64,000 bases of DNA. It comes from a virus. The stretch lies in the IMG/VR virus record IMGVR_UViG_3300028374_000002, positions 16,343 to 80,342 of that record; one strand, written 5' to 3'. The notes below the pieces were generated by a model. That model was not told the origin of the DNA. It saw only the letters and a program-made list of their open reading frames with translations, and did no database searches. This document shows positions 10,846 to 21,266 of the stretch, piece by piece (position 1 is the stretch's first letter; each line of letters opens with the position of its first letter). The position numbers and the translations under genes are program-made.

Positions 10846-10846
10846 A

Positions 10847-10978
10847 ATGGTAGAGAATTTTTTAGAACTAGTAGACATAGAAGATGTAATTCACACAGAA
10901 GAATATGTTAACATGGTTGATATAGCTGTTGATGTTGATCAGAGCTTCTTATTAAGTAATGGTATTATATCACATAAT
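10847..10978 (+). mobile_element. split intein, C-terminal half (44 aa)
   Basis: block F MVDIAVDVDQSFLL, block G NGIISHN followed by Ser+1. Confidence 0.9.
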
Positions 10979-11566
10979 TCCGCTGTTGGTGCTTTTAGAA
11001 AGTATAGAAACACACAGACAATGGGTGCTTTTGCATTAAGGGGGAAGTTTATGAATGTATCTGAGGTAAGTAATGCTAAGTTAGTCAAAAATGCGGAGGT
11101 AGTTAATATAATGGCAGCAATTGGATTGAAATTAGGACAACCATTAGATATGAAAAATATAAGATATGGAAAAGTTCTTTTGTATGTAGATTCTGACCAT
11201 GATGGTAATTCTATTGCTAGTCTGTTATTGAATTTCTTTTATACATATTGGCCAGAGATGTTTGATAAAAACATGATATATAAAGTTGAAACACCTATAG
11301 TAGTTGCTATACCTAGAAACAATAAACTAAAGAAAATTTCTTTGTATAACCAAAAAGAGTATAAGCTATGGTCTGATAAACATGATTTAAAGAAATTTGA
11401 TATAAAGTATAAAAAAGGATTAGCTGCTTTAGTGGGGGATGAATACAATGATATTATAAATAATCCTAGACTTACACTTATAACCAAAGATATTATGGCT
11501 GGTGACTCTTTGAATACTTGGTTTGGGAAGGAATCTGATTTGAGAAAAGATGAATTATTGGAATAA
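10847..11566 (+). CDS. C-terminal split-intein half fused to topoisomerase II TOPRIM domain (C-terminal part of large subunit)
   Basis: ...NGIISHN|SAVG, then ALRGK, DSDHDGNSI, YKKGLA. Confidence 0.93.
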   Translation: MVENFLELVDIEDVIHTEEYVNMVDIAVDVDQSFLLSNGIISHNSAVGAFRKYRNTQTMGAFALRGKFMNVSEVSNAKLVKNAEVVNIMAAIGLKLGQPLDMKNIRYGKVLLYVDSDHDGNSIASLLLNFFYTYWPEMFDKNMIYKVETPIVVAIPRNNKLKKISLYNQKEYKLWSDKHDLKKFDIKYKKGLAALVGDEYNDIINNPRLTLITKDIMAGDSLNTWFGKESDLRKDELLE

Positions 11567-11580
11567 TTAACTCTATAACT

Positions 11581-11925
11581 ATGAGAAATCGTGCATGGAG
11601 AAGGCATATGAGCGAGAAACATACTAAAAGAAGACTTAAGGAAAAAAATAATATTATTTTTTCTTTTAGAAATGCTAATGATGTACTGTATTTATGGAAC
11701 GGTGCAAGATATATAGAACTTTTGAATACTTATTTTTACTACATTGCTAAAGGATGTGTTTCAACCACACAAGATTCAAGATATAAACAAAAATATTCTA
11801 GAAATAATTGTAGAAATAGTTATGCATGGAAAGGAGATAGTAATACTAGAGTAGAAAAAAGAAATGAACTTAGAAAAATACTTAAAGAAAATGGATTTAG
11901 AAGAGGTAATACCACTGGGTTATAG
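11581..11925 (+). CDS. basic hypothetical protein
   Basis: 114-aa ORF following the topoisomerase gene. Confidence 0.6.
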   Translation: MRNRAWRRHMSEKHTKRRLKEKNNIIFSFRNANDVLYLWNGARYIELLNTYFYYIAKGCVSTTQDSRYKQKYSRNNCRNSYAWKGDSNTRVEKRNELRKILKENGFRRGNTTGL

Positions 11926-12427
11926 ATGTGATAAGAAATGGAATATTAGTGGAGAGTATCTTAGATATAAAAAATTTGAGAACTTACCACTAGCTTCAAT
12001 ATCAGAATCTAATATAGTAATGGTATATTTAGATCACCGAATGAGAAAAGAGTGTTTGAGGCTTATTAAACACCTTTTGGAAAAAGATTATAAGTTTTAT
12101 TTAATACCACCATATTTTACTAACCCAAAGATAAATCAAGAATATGATGATGTTATAGAGCATTACTTATATACACATTCTGAGCAGTATTTTTTTGATA
12201 AGTTTCCAGATATTGGATTTGATTTAGTATCAAACCTAGTTACTTTCTGTAGAGACACAGATACAATGACCTCTCTTAAAACTATAGTGGATAATTTTAG
12301 AGTCAAAGTTAATGCTACCGAATGGGATATTTATACAAATAAGCTAAGCCATATATATAGTGAGGGAATAAGAAATGAGTTCGATACAATGTTTAGAAGT
12401 ATAAGGTTAAAGTATATTTTGTCTTAG
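11864..12427 (+). CDS. hypothetical protein
   Basis: 187-aa ORF; C-terminal RSIRLKYILS. Confidence 0.6.
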   Translation: MNLEKYLKKMDLEEVIPLGYRCDKKWNISGEYLRYKKFENLPLASISESNIVMVYLDHRMRKECLRLIKHLLEKDYKFYLIPPYFTNPKINQEYDDVIEHYLYTHSEQYFFDKFPDIGFDLVSNLVTFCRDTDTMTSLKTIVDNFRVKVNATEWDIYTNKLSHIYSEGIRNEFDTMFRSIRLKYILS

Positions 12428-12480
12428 TATTCTAAACAAACCTAGTATTTTTTCATATACATATTAAATAATAATCAATT

Positions 12481-13461
12481 ATGTTATGTGATTTAATAGT
12501 AGACGGAAATTATATGTTATCTAAATTAGTGTTCACACTACACAAACACAATTTACTGTTTGGTGCATTAGAGGAATCTCTAGAAAATACATTATCAAAC
12601 TATCGTAAAATGTTCCCATTTGCAAATACTTACTTAGTAAGTGATTCAAGGGAGAAATCTTGGAGAAAAGACTTAACTAATAAATATAAAGCAAATAGGA
12701 AAAAATCTAGCGACATTGACTGGGAATTTGTCTATAAAACTTATAATAAGTTTAAAGAGAATGCAAAGACTTATAAAGTTTTAGAAGCACCAACACTTGA
12801 AGGTGATGATTGGATAGCTTATCTAGTAAGTAAAGCTAATTCACAAGGTCGATCTGCTATGATAGTATCAAATGATTATGATATAAAACAACTTATAAAT
12901 TATAACATTGACCCTTTATATATAAATATAATGTCTAATGAGATGCATAATAGACAAAAAGTATTTATGCCAAGTAATTATAAAGTTTTCTTAAATTCAT
13001 TAAGTAAATTACCAAATGATGATATATTTAACCTAAATGACAACGCAGAATTTCTAGAACTTATTTCTAGTTTTCAAGATAAGTATGATGTTCAAGAGGT
13101 TGATTCAGTAATGTCACTGGTAGTTAAATTAATATCTGGTGATAAGAGTGATAATATTAGTTCAGTGTGGTCTCAAAAAGGCACGACTGGTAAGTTAAGG
13201 GGGATAGGTGATGCTGGTGCTAAGACTATATATGCCATGTATCTAGAAGAATTTGGAGAGGTTGATTTAAAAGATTCTGATTTATTCGAAAATATTGCAG
13301 ATTTAATTTGTGAAAAGAAAAAGCTAAGTAAAACAAAAATAGAGATAATAATAAATAACTTGCATAAAAATTCAAAAGTTATTGACTTAGATTTAGAAAA
13401 TTTACCAAAACCTGTTTTAGAGAAAATGGAAAGTGTATACAGTGAAGTTATAAGATACTAA
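12481..13461 (+). CDS. 5'-3' exonuclease / T4 RNase H-like flap endonuclease
   Basis: IVDGN, WRK...YKANR, EGDD, SNDYDIKQL, GDKSDNI, GIG. Confidence 0.85.
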   Translation: MLCDLIVDGNYMLSKLVFTLHKHNLLFGALEESLENTLSNYRKMFPFANTYLVSDSREKSWRKDLTNKYKANRKKSSDIDWEFVYKTYNKFKENAKTYKVLEAPTLEGDDWIAYLVSKANSQGRSAMIVSNDYDIKQLINYNIDPLYINIMSNEMHNRQKVFMPSNYKVFLNSLSKLPNDDIFNLNDNAEFLELISSFQDKYDVQEVDSVMSLVVKLISGDKSDNISSVWSQKGTTGKLRGIGDAGAKTIYAMYLEEFGEVDLKDSDLFENIADLICEKKKLSKTKIEIIINNLHKNSKVIDLDLENLPKPVLEKMESVYSEVIRY

Positions 13462-13472
13462 TTAAAAAAATT

Positions 13473-13742
13473 ATGAAAAAGAAAGACGTATTAACTAAAG
13501 GAAATGTTATTGTAAATGAGATTAAAGTTGGTGATATACATTATGAGTATTCTTACAACATAGGAACAAAATTAGAAGTTGTATCTACGCCAATTAGAAT
13601 TGATAGTGATGAGAGTTGGGAATGGAATAGTAAAAGAATTAGTGATGGAATGTTAATTGCCTTTTATGTGAAAGAAGGCCTTGAGTATTATTCTGCCAAT
13701 ATTTATGACTATGAAGCATATAAAGTAAAAGTGATGTTATGA
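13473..13742 (+). CDS. hypothetical protein
   Basis: 89-aa ORF with ATGA overlap to the next gene. Confidence 0.6.
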   Translation: MKKKDVLTKGNVIVNEIKVGDIHYEYSYNIGTKLEVVSTPIRIDSDESWEWNSKRISDGMLIAFYVKEGLEYYSANIYDYEAYKVKVML

Positions 13743-14353
13743 AGTATTTAAATAATTTTAAAAAAATATTCTTCACTAGTGATCCTATACCTTACAATAT
13801 AATGTGTATGGATGATAATTATGTGATAGTTAGTAGAAAACTAGACTTAAAACAGGATATAGACATCTTACAACATAGTGTAGATATGGATGCTTATATT
13901 AGCTTAGAGGATGCTTACAGACACAATAAGGACAATCCCATATATTCTATCATAGACAGGATTAATGAAAAAAGAGGAACTGATAATTTAGTATTTAGAG
14001 TAACAGATTATTTTGATACAGAAAGTTGTATAAAATGCTTGTCTGAACTAAATAGTGGTGTTGTGTCTATATCAAGGAGAACAGAGACATATCTAGATAT
14101 TGACATAGAGAAAACATTGAATATAAATAAAAAGTTAATAACTTACGAACAAGCAACCGAAATATCATTAGGTGTGAAATGGAAAACAAGTGAGTGTACA
14201 GAAGGCTCATCTTGTTGGTGTAGAATCATAGAGCCAATTATAAAAATAGAAGACCAAAATGACAATGAAATATATATAGCAGGTAGTGGATCTATTCCTA
14301 AAGGATATGCCGAACACTTAGTTGAATTACATAATAAATCTTTAAATAATTAA
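13739..14353 (+). CDS. hypothetical protein
   Basis: 204-aa ORF; C-terminal C-x5-CWC motif. Confidence 0.6.
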   Translation: MKYLNNFKKIFFTSDPIPYNIMCMDDNYVIVSRKLDLKQDIDILQHSVDMDAYISLEDAYRHNKDNPIYSIIDRINEKRGTDNLVFRVTDYFDTESCIKCLSELNSGVVSISRRTETYLDIDIEKTLNINKKLITYEQATEISLGVKWKTSECTEGSSCWCRIIEPIIKIEDQNDNEIYIAGSGSIPKGYAEHLVELHNKSLNN

Positions 14354-14356
14354 TCT

Positions 14357-14755
14357 ATGGCAAATTTAAAAGAGGTTGCAGATGCAATGTTTTATAAAAG
14401 ACATGTATGGGATAAAATATCTGATGAAGATAAGGAGATTAATTTTTTTATATTCAATAGATACTTTTCAAAGAAATATCCAGAAAGGTCTTTTTTATTT
14501 AATAACAAGAACATAGATAAAGTAAGTTCTATGAATATATGGTATGCTTTTATGGGTGGTAAAACTTATCCAAAGTGGTTTTGGAGTAAGAATATACCGA
14601 ATGGCAATAAAGAGAAAGTTTCTAAAAAAGACTTTGAAATTTTAATCATTAAATTAAGAATAAAAGAGGTTGATTTGAAATATCTTATAGAAAATCATTA
14701 CGAGTTCGTAAAAGAAGAGTTAACACACTGGAAAAAATTAGAAAAACAGAATTAA
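14357..14755 (+). CDS. hypothetical protein, weak resemblance to T4 gp62 clamp-loader small subunit
   Basis: size and FFIFNRYFS motif only. Confidence 0.35.
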   Translation: MANLKEVADAMFYKRHVWDKISDEDKEINFFIFNRYFSKKYPERSFLFNNKNIDKVSSMNIWYAFMGGKTYPKWFWSKNIPNGNKEKVSKKDFEILIIKLRIKEVDLKYLIENHYEFVKEELTHWKKLEKQN

Positions 14756-14759
14756 GAAT

Positions 14760-15290
14760 ATGGAAAATAAAATGAATTGGTATATAGTTAGAACTATGTC
14801 AAGTAAAGAAAATACTGTTAAGGATAGACTAGACAGAGAAATAATTGATGGTGTCTTAAAAGATAAAGTAAAAGATGTTATAGTACCTATGGAAACCATT
14901 TTTACAATAAAGAGTGGTAAGAAAAATAAAAGAGATAGAGTTATGTTCTCTGGTTATGTCTTTGTTAGTTGTAATGACCTAGGAACATTAAAATCAGAAC
15001 TGAACAGTATTAGTGGTGCTTCTGGATTTCTTAAATCTAGATCTGGTGAAGTACAAAAACTATCACAGATAGAAGTTAATAGAATGATTGGTATAGAAGA
15101 AAAATCTAAACTAGATGATGTAGATAATCCATTCGTAGTTGGTGAAGATGTTATTATAACAAATGGTCCATTCAATAGCATGAGGGCTATTATTGATAAG
15201 ATTGATAATAATAAAGTAAAACTATCAGTACTCATATTTGGGAGAAAGACACCATTAGAATTGGATATAGGACATATATCTAAAAATTAA
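14760..15290 (+). CDS. nusG: transcription elongation/antitermination factor NusG
   Basis: NGN domain WYIVRT...FSGYVFV; KOW GEDVIITNGPF; VLIFGRKTPLEL. Confidence 0.92.
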   Translation: MENKMNWYIVRTMSSKENTVKDRLDREIIDGVLKDKVKDVIVPMETIFTIKSGKKNKRDRVMFSGYVFVSCNDLGTLKSELNSISGASGFLKSRSGEVQKLSQIEVNRMIGIEEKSKLDDVDNPFVVGEDVIITNGPFNSMRAIIDKIDNNKVKLSVLIFGRKTPLELDIGHISKN

Positions 15291-15292
15291 TT

Positions 15293-15323
15293 AAAAAACC
15301 TCTGATAATTTAGAGGTTTTTTT
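15293..15323 (+). terminator. intrinsic terminator
   Basis: AAAAAACCTCT-loop-AGAGGTTTTTTT right after nusG stop. Confidence 0.8.
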
Positions 15324-15391
15324 AATTAATTTACATTTTGGCTCTATCTCACAATGTTTTTTTAATATATACTATAAAATATAAATTAATT

Positions 15392-15634
15392 ATGGAAGAA
15401 CAAGTGAATTATTTTAAGAAATTTTACAATGCAGTTAAGACTTGGGTTGTGAAGAATGGACTAACTGGTATAGGCGGACTTGCTGCTGGTGTTTTATTAT
15501 TTATATTTGGATATAAATTTTATTCAGGTGTAGCACTTGGTGTTTTTGCAACCAGAAACTGGGATATAATTGTAGACTATATAAAGTCTCTTTTTAGAAC
15601 TGATGAGGAGGATAATACTGATGAAGAGAAGTAA
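15392..15634 (+). CDS. small membrane protein
   Basis: Gly-rich hydrophobic segments; ATG at 15392 preferred because TAATATATA lies at 15363-15371. Confidence 0.6.
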   Translation: MEEQVNYFKKFYNAVKTWVVKNGLTGIGGLAAGVLLFIFGYKFYSGVALGVFATRNWDIIVDYIKSLFRTDEEDNTDEEK

Positions 15635-15650
15635 ATAAAATACATAAGAT

Positions 15651-16199
15651 ATGAAAATACAAAGATTTAGTCAATATTCGGAAAAGTTAAATGAGATGAA
15701 TGATACACCAGAGAGTTATATAGCCACAGCACTTAATAAGCTTAAAAGAAAAGTTGATAAAATGTTTGCATATTTGGATGGTAAAACACAAGGTGGTAAG
15801 ATATTAACACCAGAGGGCTTAGAAAAAGTAGATCCGAAAGATATAACGTTTAAAGATTTAGGACTTCATTTAGATAGTTCTGAGGTCTCTAAATATTCTA
15901 AGTTATATGACTCATTTACTATAAAGTTTAGAGATGCTAACAACGCATATACAATGATTGTAATGATTGGTGTTGAGGAGGCTATGCCTGAAGAGTCAGA
16001 AGAACAATTTGGACAAGATAATATAGAAAATGCTTATATAAAATTTAAGAAGTATGGTAGTGAGGGTATGGACTTAATTGGACAAATGGATAAAAATGTG
16101 AAAATAAAAGATATTGATGAAGCATTCTTGATAGATTTGAAGATTGAACTAGATGATGAGTATGATGAAAATGAGGATGAATTCGAAATACAAACATAA
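15651..16199 (+). CDS. acidic hypothetical protein with N-terminal K/R-F-x-x-Y...E peptide
   Basis: 182-aa ORF, MKIQRFSQYSEKLNE. Confidence 0.65.
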   Translation: MKIQRFSQYSEKLNEMNDTPESYIATALNKLKRKVDKMFAYLDGKTQGGKILTPEGLEKVDPKDITFKDLGLHLDSSEVSKYSKLYDSFTIKFRDANNAYTMIVMIGVEEAMPEESEEQFGQDNIENAYIKFKKYGSEGMDLIGQMDKNVKIKDIDEAFLIDLKIELDDEYDENEDEFEIQT

Positions 16200-16207
16200 A
16201 TTAAAAT

Positions 16208-16711
16208 ATGGTTATACACGTAGTTACAAACATGCAAATAATAAGTAGTATATCAAAATCTAAATACTTTGCTAAGAATTTGGGTTTTGTCTCAACAGTA
16301 GAAAAAAATGGAAAAAGAATCCCTAATGATAAAGATAATTTCTCACATCGTTATATGAACTTATATAGATCAAGTATATATGCACAGGGTAACGTAGGGA
16401 ATATAAAGTTTTATACTGACCACTACATAAATGACCAAGTTATGGCAGTTTATTATGGTGAAGAATTAGAAGAATTTATATTTAATTTTGATAGTGAATT
16501 TGTTACAAAGAAAGGCATTGACTCTTTTCTAGGGAAGATACTCAAAGAACTAGAGGAAAGATATGAAGAAAGGATTAAAACAAAAGAAAGCGAAAAAGTA
16601 GTAGAAAAGCCTAGGGGTAACTCTGATAAAATATTTAGTAATCCTGGTGATGTTACCTATGAAGATTTAAAAGAGTACCTTCGAAAGAAAAAAGAAGAAA
16701 AAGAAATGTAA
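16208..16711 (+). CDS. hypothetical protein
   Basis: 167-aa ORF ending at a terminator. Confidence 0.65.
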   Translation: MVIHVVTNMQIISSISKSKYFAKNLGFVSTVEKNGKRIPNDKDNFSHRYMNLYRSSIYAQGNVGNIKFYTDHYINDQVMAVYYGEELEEFIFNFDSEFVTKKGIDSFLGKILKELEERYEERIKTKESEKVVEKPRGNSDKIFSNPGDVTYEDLKEYLRKKKEEKEM

Positions 16712-16714
16712 ATT

Positions 16715-16750
16715 AAAAAACCCCTCTTAAATTATTAAGAGGGGTTTTTT
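16715..16750. terminator. bidirectional intrinsic terminator
   Basis: AAAAAACCCCTCTTAA-loop-TTAAGAGGGGTTTTTT between convergent genes. Confidence 0.88.
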
Positions 16751-16767
16751 GTAATTACACATATTTA

Positions 16768-18636
16768 TTATTTGACTTCTTCAAAATCCACGTCCTCTGT
16801 ATCATCAGATTCATTCTTTGTGGTTTCTTCCTCATTATTATATAATTTTGAACTTATATCATTCCAAGATGTATTGAGTTTTTCAACCTTTTCATCTATT
16901 GCCTCTGCTTCTTCTGACTTATACGCATCTTTGAGTTCGTTTAAGCTATTGCTAAGGACTTCTTTATCATCGCTTGATAACTTATCATCAAACTCTTTTA
17001 ACTGCTTCTCTGTTTGGAAAATAAGCGTATCTGCTTTATTCATCTTATCGACTTTCTCTTTCTCTAGGTTATCAGCCTCTGCATTTGCCTCTGCTTCTTC
17101 TTTCATTTTGCTTATCTCTTCCTTAGAGAGTTGGGAACCACCTTCAATTCTTATTTTATTTTCCTTACCAGATGCCTTATCTTTAGCAGATACTGATAGA
17201 ACACCATTTGCATCAATATCTAAAGATACTGTAATCTGTGGAACTCCTCTAGGGGCTGGCAAAATGCTATCTAGATGAAATCTGCCCAAAGATTTATTAT
17301 CTTTAGCCATTGGTCTTTCACCTTGTAAGACATGTATCTCAACACTTGACTGGTTATCTGATGCAGTTGAGAAGGTTTCTTCTTTTGATGTTGGTATAGT
17401 TGTATTGCCTTCAATTAGTTTTGATAATATCCCACCCATAGTTTCGATACCTAATGATAGTGGTATAACATCTAATAAAAGAACATCATCTATACTTCCT
17501 GTTAGTACTGCTCCTTGTATAGAAGCACCAAGTGCTACAACTTCATCGGGATTTACCGACTTATTAGCCTTCTTATTTAAAAACTTCTCTAGTGCTTCTT
17601 GAATAGCTGGTATTCTTGTTGAGCCACCAACTAATATAATCTCATCAATATCTGATGGATTTAGTTTAGCATTTTTAAGTGCAGACTTTGCACAATCTAT
17701 TGTTCTTTTAACTAAATTAGATGTTAGTTGTTCAAATTTAGCCTTTGTCAAGGTTTTAACAAAATGAAGTGGTCCAGAATTACTTACCGTTATATATGGA
17801 AGATTTATTTCTGTTGTACTTGAAGAAGATAACTCTACCTTAGCCCTTTCCCCCGCATCTTTTAGCCTCTGTAAAGCCATTGGATCTTTAGACAAATCAA
17901 TAGAGTTTTCTTTCTTAAAGTCATCTACCATCCAATCAATAATAGCATCATCAAAGTCATCTCCACCTAAGTGTGTATCACCATCAGTTGACTTAACCTC
18001 AAATACACCATCTCCAATTTCTAATACCGATACATCATGTGTCCCTCCACCGCAATCAAACACTAGAATCTTAGAATCTGCATCTTTCTTATCAAAACCA
18101 TATGCTAATGCGGCTGCCGTTGGTTCATTAATAATTCTCTCAACCTTTAAACCCGCAATTTCACCTGCCTCAATTGTTGCAGTTCTTTCAACATCTCCAA
18201 AATATGCAGGTACTGTGATTACTGCTCTAGTCACTTCTTGACCTAAAAAGTCTTCTGCTGTTTTTTTCATTTTCTGTAAAATCATTGCAGAAAGTTCTTG
18301 TGGAGTAAAAGTTCTATCACCTATCTTCACACTAGGTACATCATTACCACTGCTTACAACATTGTATGGTACTCTTGATACCTCCTCTTTTAATTTTGAA
18401 AAGCTTTTACCCATAAATCTCTTTATAGAATAAATAGTATTCTCTGGGTTAGTTACTGCTTGTCTCTTAGCAGAGTCTCCCACTTTTCTTTCACCATCAC
18501 TTGTAAAGGCTAGTATAGATGGTGTTGTTCTTTTTCCTTCTGAATTAGCTATGATTTGTGGTTCACCACCTTCAACAACTGAAACACAGCTATTTGTAGT
18601 ACCAAGGTCAATTCCGATAATTACGTCTTTTTTCAT
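16768..18636 (-). CDS. dnaK: Hsp70 chaperone DnaK
   Basis: [41 protein letters not shown]; start at MKKDVIIG rather than 18696. Confidence 0.97.
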   Translation of the reverse strand: MKKDVIIGIDLGTTNSCVSVVEGGEPQIIANSEGKRTTPSILAFTSDGERKVGDSAKRQAVTNPENTIYSIKRFMGKSFSKLKEEVSRVPYNVVSSGNDVPSVKIGDRTFTPQELSAMILQKMKKTAEDFLGQEVTRAVITVPAYFGDVERTATIEAGEIAGLKVERIINEPTAAALAYGFDKKDADSKILVFDCGGGTHDVSVLEIGDGVFEVKSTDGDTHLGGDDFDDAIIDWMVDDFKKENSIDLSKDPMALQRLKDAGERAKVELSSSSTTEINLPYITVSNSGPLHFVKTLTKAKFEQLTSNLVKRTIDCAKSALKNAKLNPSDIDEIILVGGSTRIPAIQEALEKFLNKKANKSVNPDEVVALGASIQGAVLTGSIDDVLLLDVIPLSLGIETMGGILSKLIEGNTTIPTSKEETFSTASDNQSSVEIHVLQGERPMAKDNKSLGRFHLDSILPAPRGVPQITVSLDIDANGVLSVSAKDKASGKENKIRIEGGSQLSKEEISKMKEEAEANAEADNLEKEKVDKMNKADTLIFQTEKQLKEFDDKLSSDDKEVLSNSLNELKDAYKSEEAEAIDEKVEKLNTSWNDISSKLYNNEEETTKNESDDTEDVDFEEVK

Positions 18637-18662
18637 ATATTTATTATTTTTTAGTATAAATA

Positions 18663-18724
18663 GCCAATAAATATGCCATTTGTTTTTACATGACAAAATG
18701 TCATATTTAACTGACTATGTGTTA
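18663..18724 (-). promoter_or_regulatory. dnaK upstream elements: sigma54-like TGGCA-N6-TTG plus TGACA-N3-TGTCA palindrome and a degenerate second copy
   Basis: ATGACAAAATGTCAT at 18690-18704; TGACTATGTGTTA at 18712-18724; TGGCATATTTATTGGC on minus strand 18678-18663. Confidence 0.45.
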
Positions 18725-18963
18725 TATAATCAAAAGTTATAAAGTTTAGTAGTTTATAATTTTACCTTCTTGTGTCTATGTCTAAATCTTTTTCATTATC
18801 AAAATTATCTTCAAATAGTTTAATATATTATGTGAAAAACATGCAACATCATGATATATAAATAATAATTAATTAATATTCACGTTAAATAAGCAATATC
18901 AATCACTATTCGTGGTAAGTAACTATTATTCATACGACATATATAATAAATAATATATACTGT

Positions 18964-20223
18964 ATGAATAATTATTTAAAACGATTTAAAACTTTTGAAC
19001 TAGTTACCTCTCGTGATGAGTTAAATAGCACAAGAGATAGAAGGTCTAGCCTAGTAGAACCAGCACTCATGGAACTAGAAGACTATCTAGAATTACTAGG
19101 TGCTAACAAGCAACATCCCTCATCTGCGTATCAATTTAACCTATCCGATTCGGAAAAATTTGAAAATAAAGACCTTTATGACTATTTGAACACAAAAAAA
19201 CATGGCTCTGTGTCAGTAAAATACTATATTAGAAATGATAAAGAGCATAACAATTCCTATGTTAAAACAAATGATGAAGGTCATGTAGTACGTGATACAA
19301 AGGGTATGGCAGTTTATTTAAATAATGATGAATTAAAGGAAAAAGACCTATTAAATAAATATGATAAGAATATAGTAGCTATTCATAATGATATTATAGT
19401 TGGGTCTGCTCAAGATGAATGGGGTTGTGTCTTAGTGTATGTGGTTGATGAATTTAAAGGTATAGGGATAGGTCAAGAATTAGTTGAATATTATAGAAAG
19501 ATATACCCTGATAAGGTATCTGGAGGCACAACAGAGGATGGTTACAAGAACTTAATTAAATACTATAAGTATCAAGTTAAATTATACCTAAGAAATGGCA
19601 TATATTCAGACATGGTCAAAAATGGTGATATTTCTAAAGAAAAAGTCAAGAAGATAACAGATAGTGTAAAGGGAACGAAATACACCAAATACAAAGATAC
19701 TATTTATAGTAAATATTTAAATATTGATAGTTATAATAAAGCTTTTGTTTATTCTGATGGTGATATTGTATTAATAAATGATAAAATACTAGATTTCTAT
19801 AATGATTATGATGGAACTGGTAAAGACTTTTATGAAAAATTCGTGTTTGGACACTCACACATTGTAGACAATGAGTATAATCAAAGATTATACTTTATAG
19901 AGGGAAAAAGCAATAAAGATATAGAAAGTGTTATAAAGCATTCACTATGCTTTATAAATTCATATTATAAAAAAGATTTTGCTACATATTTTGTAACAGA
20001 GAATACATCTGACATAGTTAGAAAGTTTTTCAAGAGTATTGATAAAAATACAGATTTTAAAGTAGAATGGTATGAGAAAGACAGATGTAAAATATACTTT
20101 GACAAATGTGACTCTCTGAAAAAAGATTTATTAACAGGAACTAAATGGTTCTATTCTTTAGATGATAAATATGATGAAATAAAAAACCAATTAATAGAGA
20201 ACGTTTACTCAACATTTGAATAA
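18964..20223 (+). CDS. protein with GNAT-like acetyl-CoA binding motif
   Basis: VYVVDEFKGIGIGQELV resembles GNAT motif A; SGGTTEDG downstream. Confidence 0.55.
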   Translation: MNNYLKRFKTFELVTSRDELNSTRDRRSSLVEPALMELEDYLELLGANKQHPSSAYQFNLSDSEKFENKDLYDYLNTKKHGSVSVKYYIRNDKEHNNSYVKTNDEGHVVRDTKGMAVYLNNDELKEKDLLNKYDKNIVAIHNDIIVGSAQDEWGCVLVYVVDEFKGIGIGQELVEYYRKIYPDKVSGGTTEDGYKNLIKYYKYQVKLYLRNGIYSDMVKNGDISKEKVKKITDSVKGTKYTKYKDTIYSKYLNIDSYNKAFVYSDGDIVLINDKILDFYNDYDGTGKDFYEKFVFGHSHIVDNEYNQRLYFIEGKSNKDIESVIKHSLCFINSYYKKDFATYFVTENTSDIVRKFFKSIDKNTDFKVEWYEKDRCKIYFDKCDSLKKDLLTGTKWFYSLDDKYDEIKNQLIENVYSTFE

Positions 20224-20227
20224 TAAT

Positions 20228-20488
20228 TTAGTTATTAATCCATTTAAGTATTCTTCTTAAAAATATAACCTTGCTATCTCTATATGCATTATTTCGCTTA
20301 TCAAGCTTATGTCTTGTTTCCCCACTTAATTCACTTTTAACCCAATTGGCTATATCTAATCTATTTTTTTGAAATAGTGAAATTTTTTCATTATGAAGTT
20401 CCATTATATTACTAACTATCTCATCAACATTTGACTTTTGGTCATTAAGTTTAATCACTTGTTCTTTTATATTTTGTTCTATACTCAT
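20228..20488 (-). CDS. hypothetical protein
   Basis: 86-aa ORF. Confidence 0.55.
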   Translation of the reverse strand: MSIEQNIKEQVIKLNDQKSNVDEIVSNIMELHNEKISLFQKNRLDIANWVKSELSGETRHKLDKRNNAYRDSKVIFLRRILKWINN

Positions 20489-20506
20489 TCTTTCTATATT
20501 AAAAAA

Positions 20507-21187
20507 TTAATTAAATACTTCTTCATAGACTTCAACATTCTTAATCTTAAATCTTAGTTTGAATCTTTTTTCACCAGCACCTAAAATAAGTTCAACCCAG
20601 TAACCCCTAATTTTTTTAGCTAGACTATATGTAAAGTATACTCTGTCATCTACTTTGAACCATACCATCTGTTCTCCCAAAAATGAGAATCTTATGGACA
20701 GATACTCTCCTTTGTTATCAGAGAACTCACCCTTACTATTTACATATTTTAGATTAGCTGAGTGATACCATTTACTCACAGTATTAGGTCTAGTTACCTC
20801 ACCTACTTGGTGGATAAGCTGTGCATCACCTACTCTTGGTTTGAATATTTGATAGTGATTCCAAGCTGGGTTTCTCTGTGCAGACCACATATAAGATAAT
20901 TTAAATCTATTCCAGGGCGTGGTTGGATAAAGGTTTTTCGCAATGAAAAACCATTCGTAACCTAAATCATTAGACTTACCATCATTAAGATATATCCATA
21001 GTGGAAGAGCTATAAATCTTAATAACATATTATTTGATTCATGATACATCCACCTTAACTGTTTTCTTAGAAGATAAGCTAGTGGATATATCACTAGTGC
21101 AGTAACTGCAAAAAACCCTGATACTATCATATTTATTAAATATTCTAGTATTGATAATGTTTTAATTTTAATACTTGGTTTATACAT
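20507..21187 (-). CDS. membrane-associated hypothetical protein
   Basis: N-terminal hydrophobic helix, WSAQRNPAWN motif; TAATATATA upstream (21215-21207). Confidence 0.65.
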   Translation of the reverse strand: MYKPSIKIKTLSILEYLINMIVSGFFAVTALVIYPLAYLLRKQLRWMYHESNNMLLRFIALPLWIYLNDGKSNDLGYEWFFIAKNLYPTTPWNRFKLSYMWSAQRNPAWNHYQIFKPRVGDAQLIHQVGEVTRPNTVSKWYHSANLKYVNSKGEFSDNKGEYLSIRFSFLGEQMVWFKVDDRVYFTYSLAKKIRGYWVELILGAGEKRFKLRFKIKNVEVYEEVFN

Positions 21188-21266
21188 ATTGTTTCCTTTT
21201 TTTTAGTATATATTAATTTATAATTAGACAATAGTCCAACCTTATGTACAAATTGTTTATAAAATA

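Noticed and set aside
9481..10846. Group I intron or T4 gene 60-type ribosomal bypass in the topoisomerase gene
   Set aside because: Almost no non-coding sequence is available for an intron core, and both flanks carry clear intein motifs with a separate start codon for the C-half.
16772..17602. Antisense ORFs over dnaK and similar shadow ORFs (e.g. 466-657, 4496-4792, 27229-28710, 41070-41978, 63182-63370)
   Set aside because: Ser/Leu/Phe-rich mirror translations of well-supported genes on the other strand or frame.
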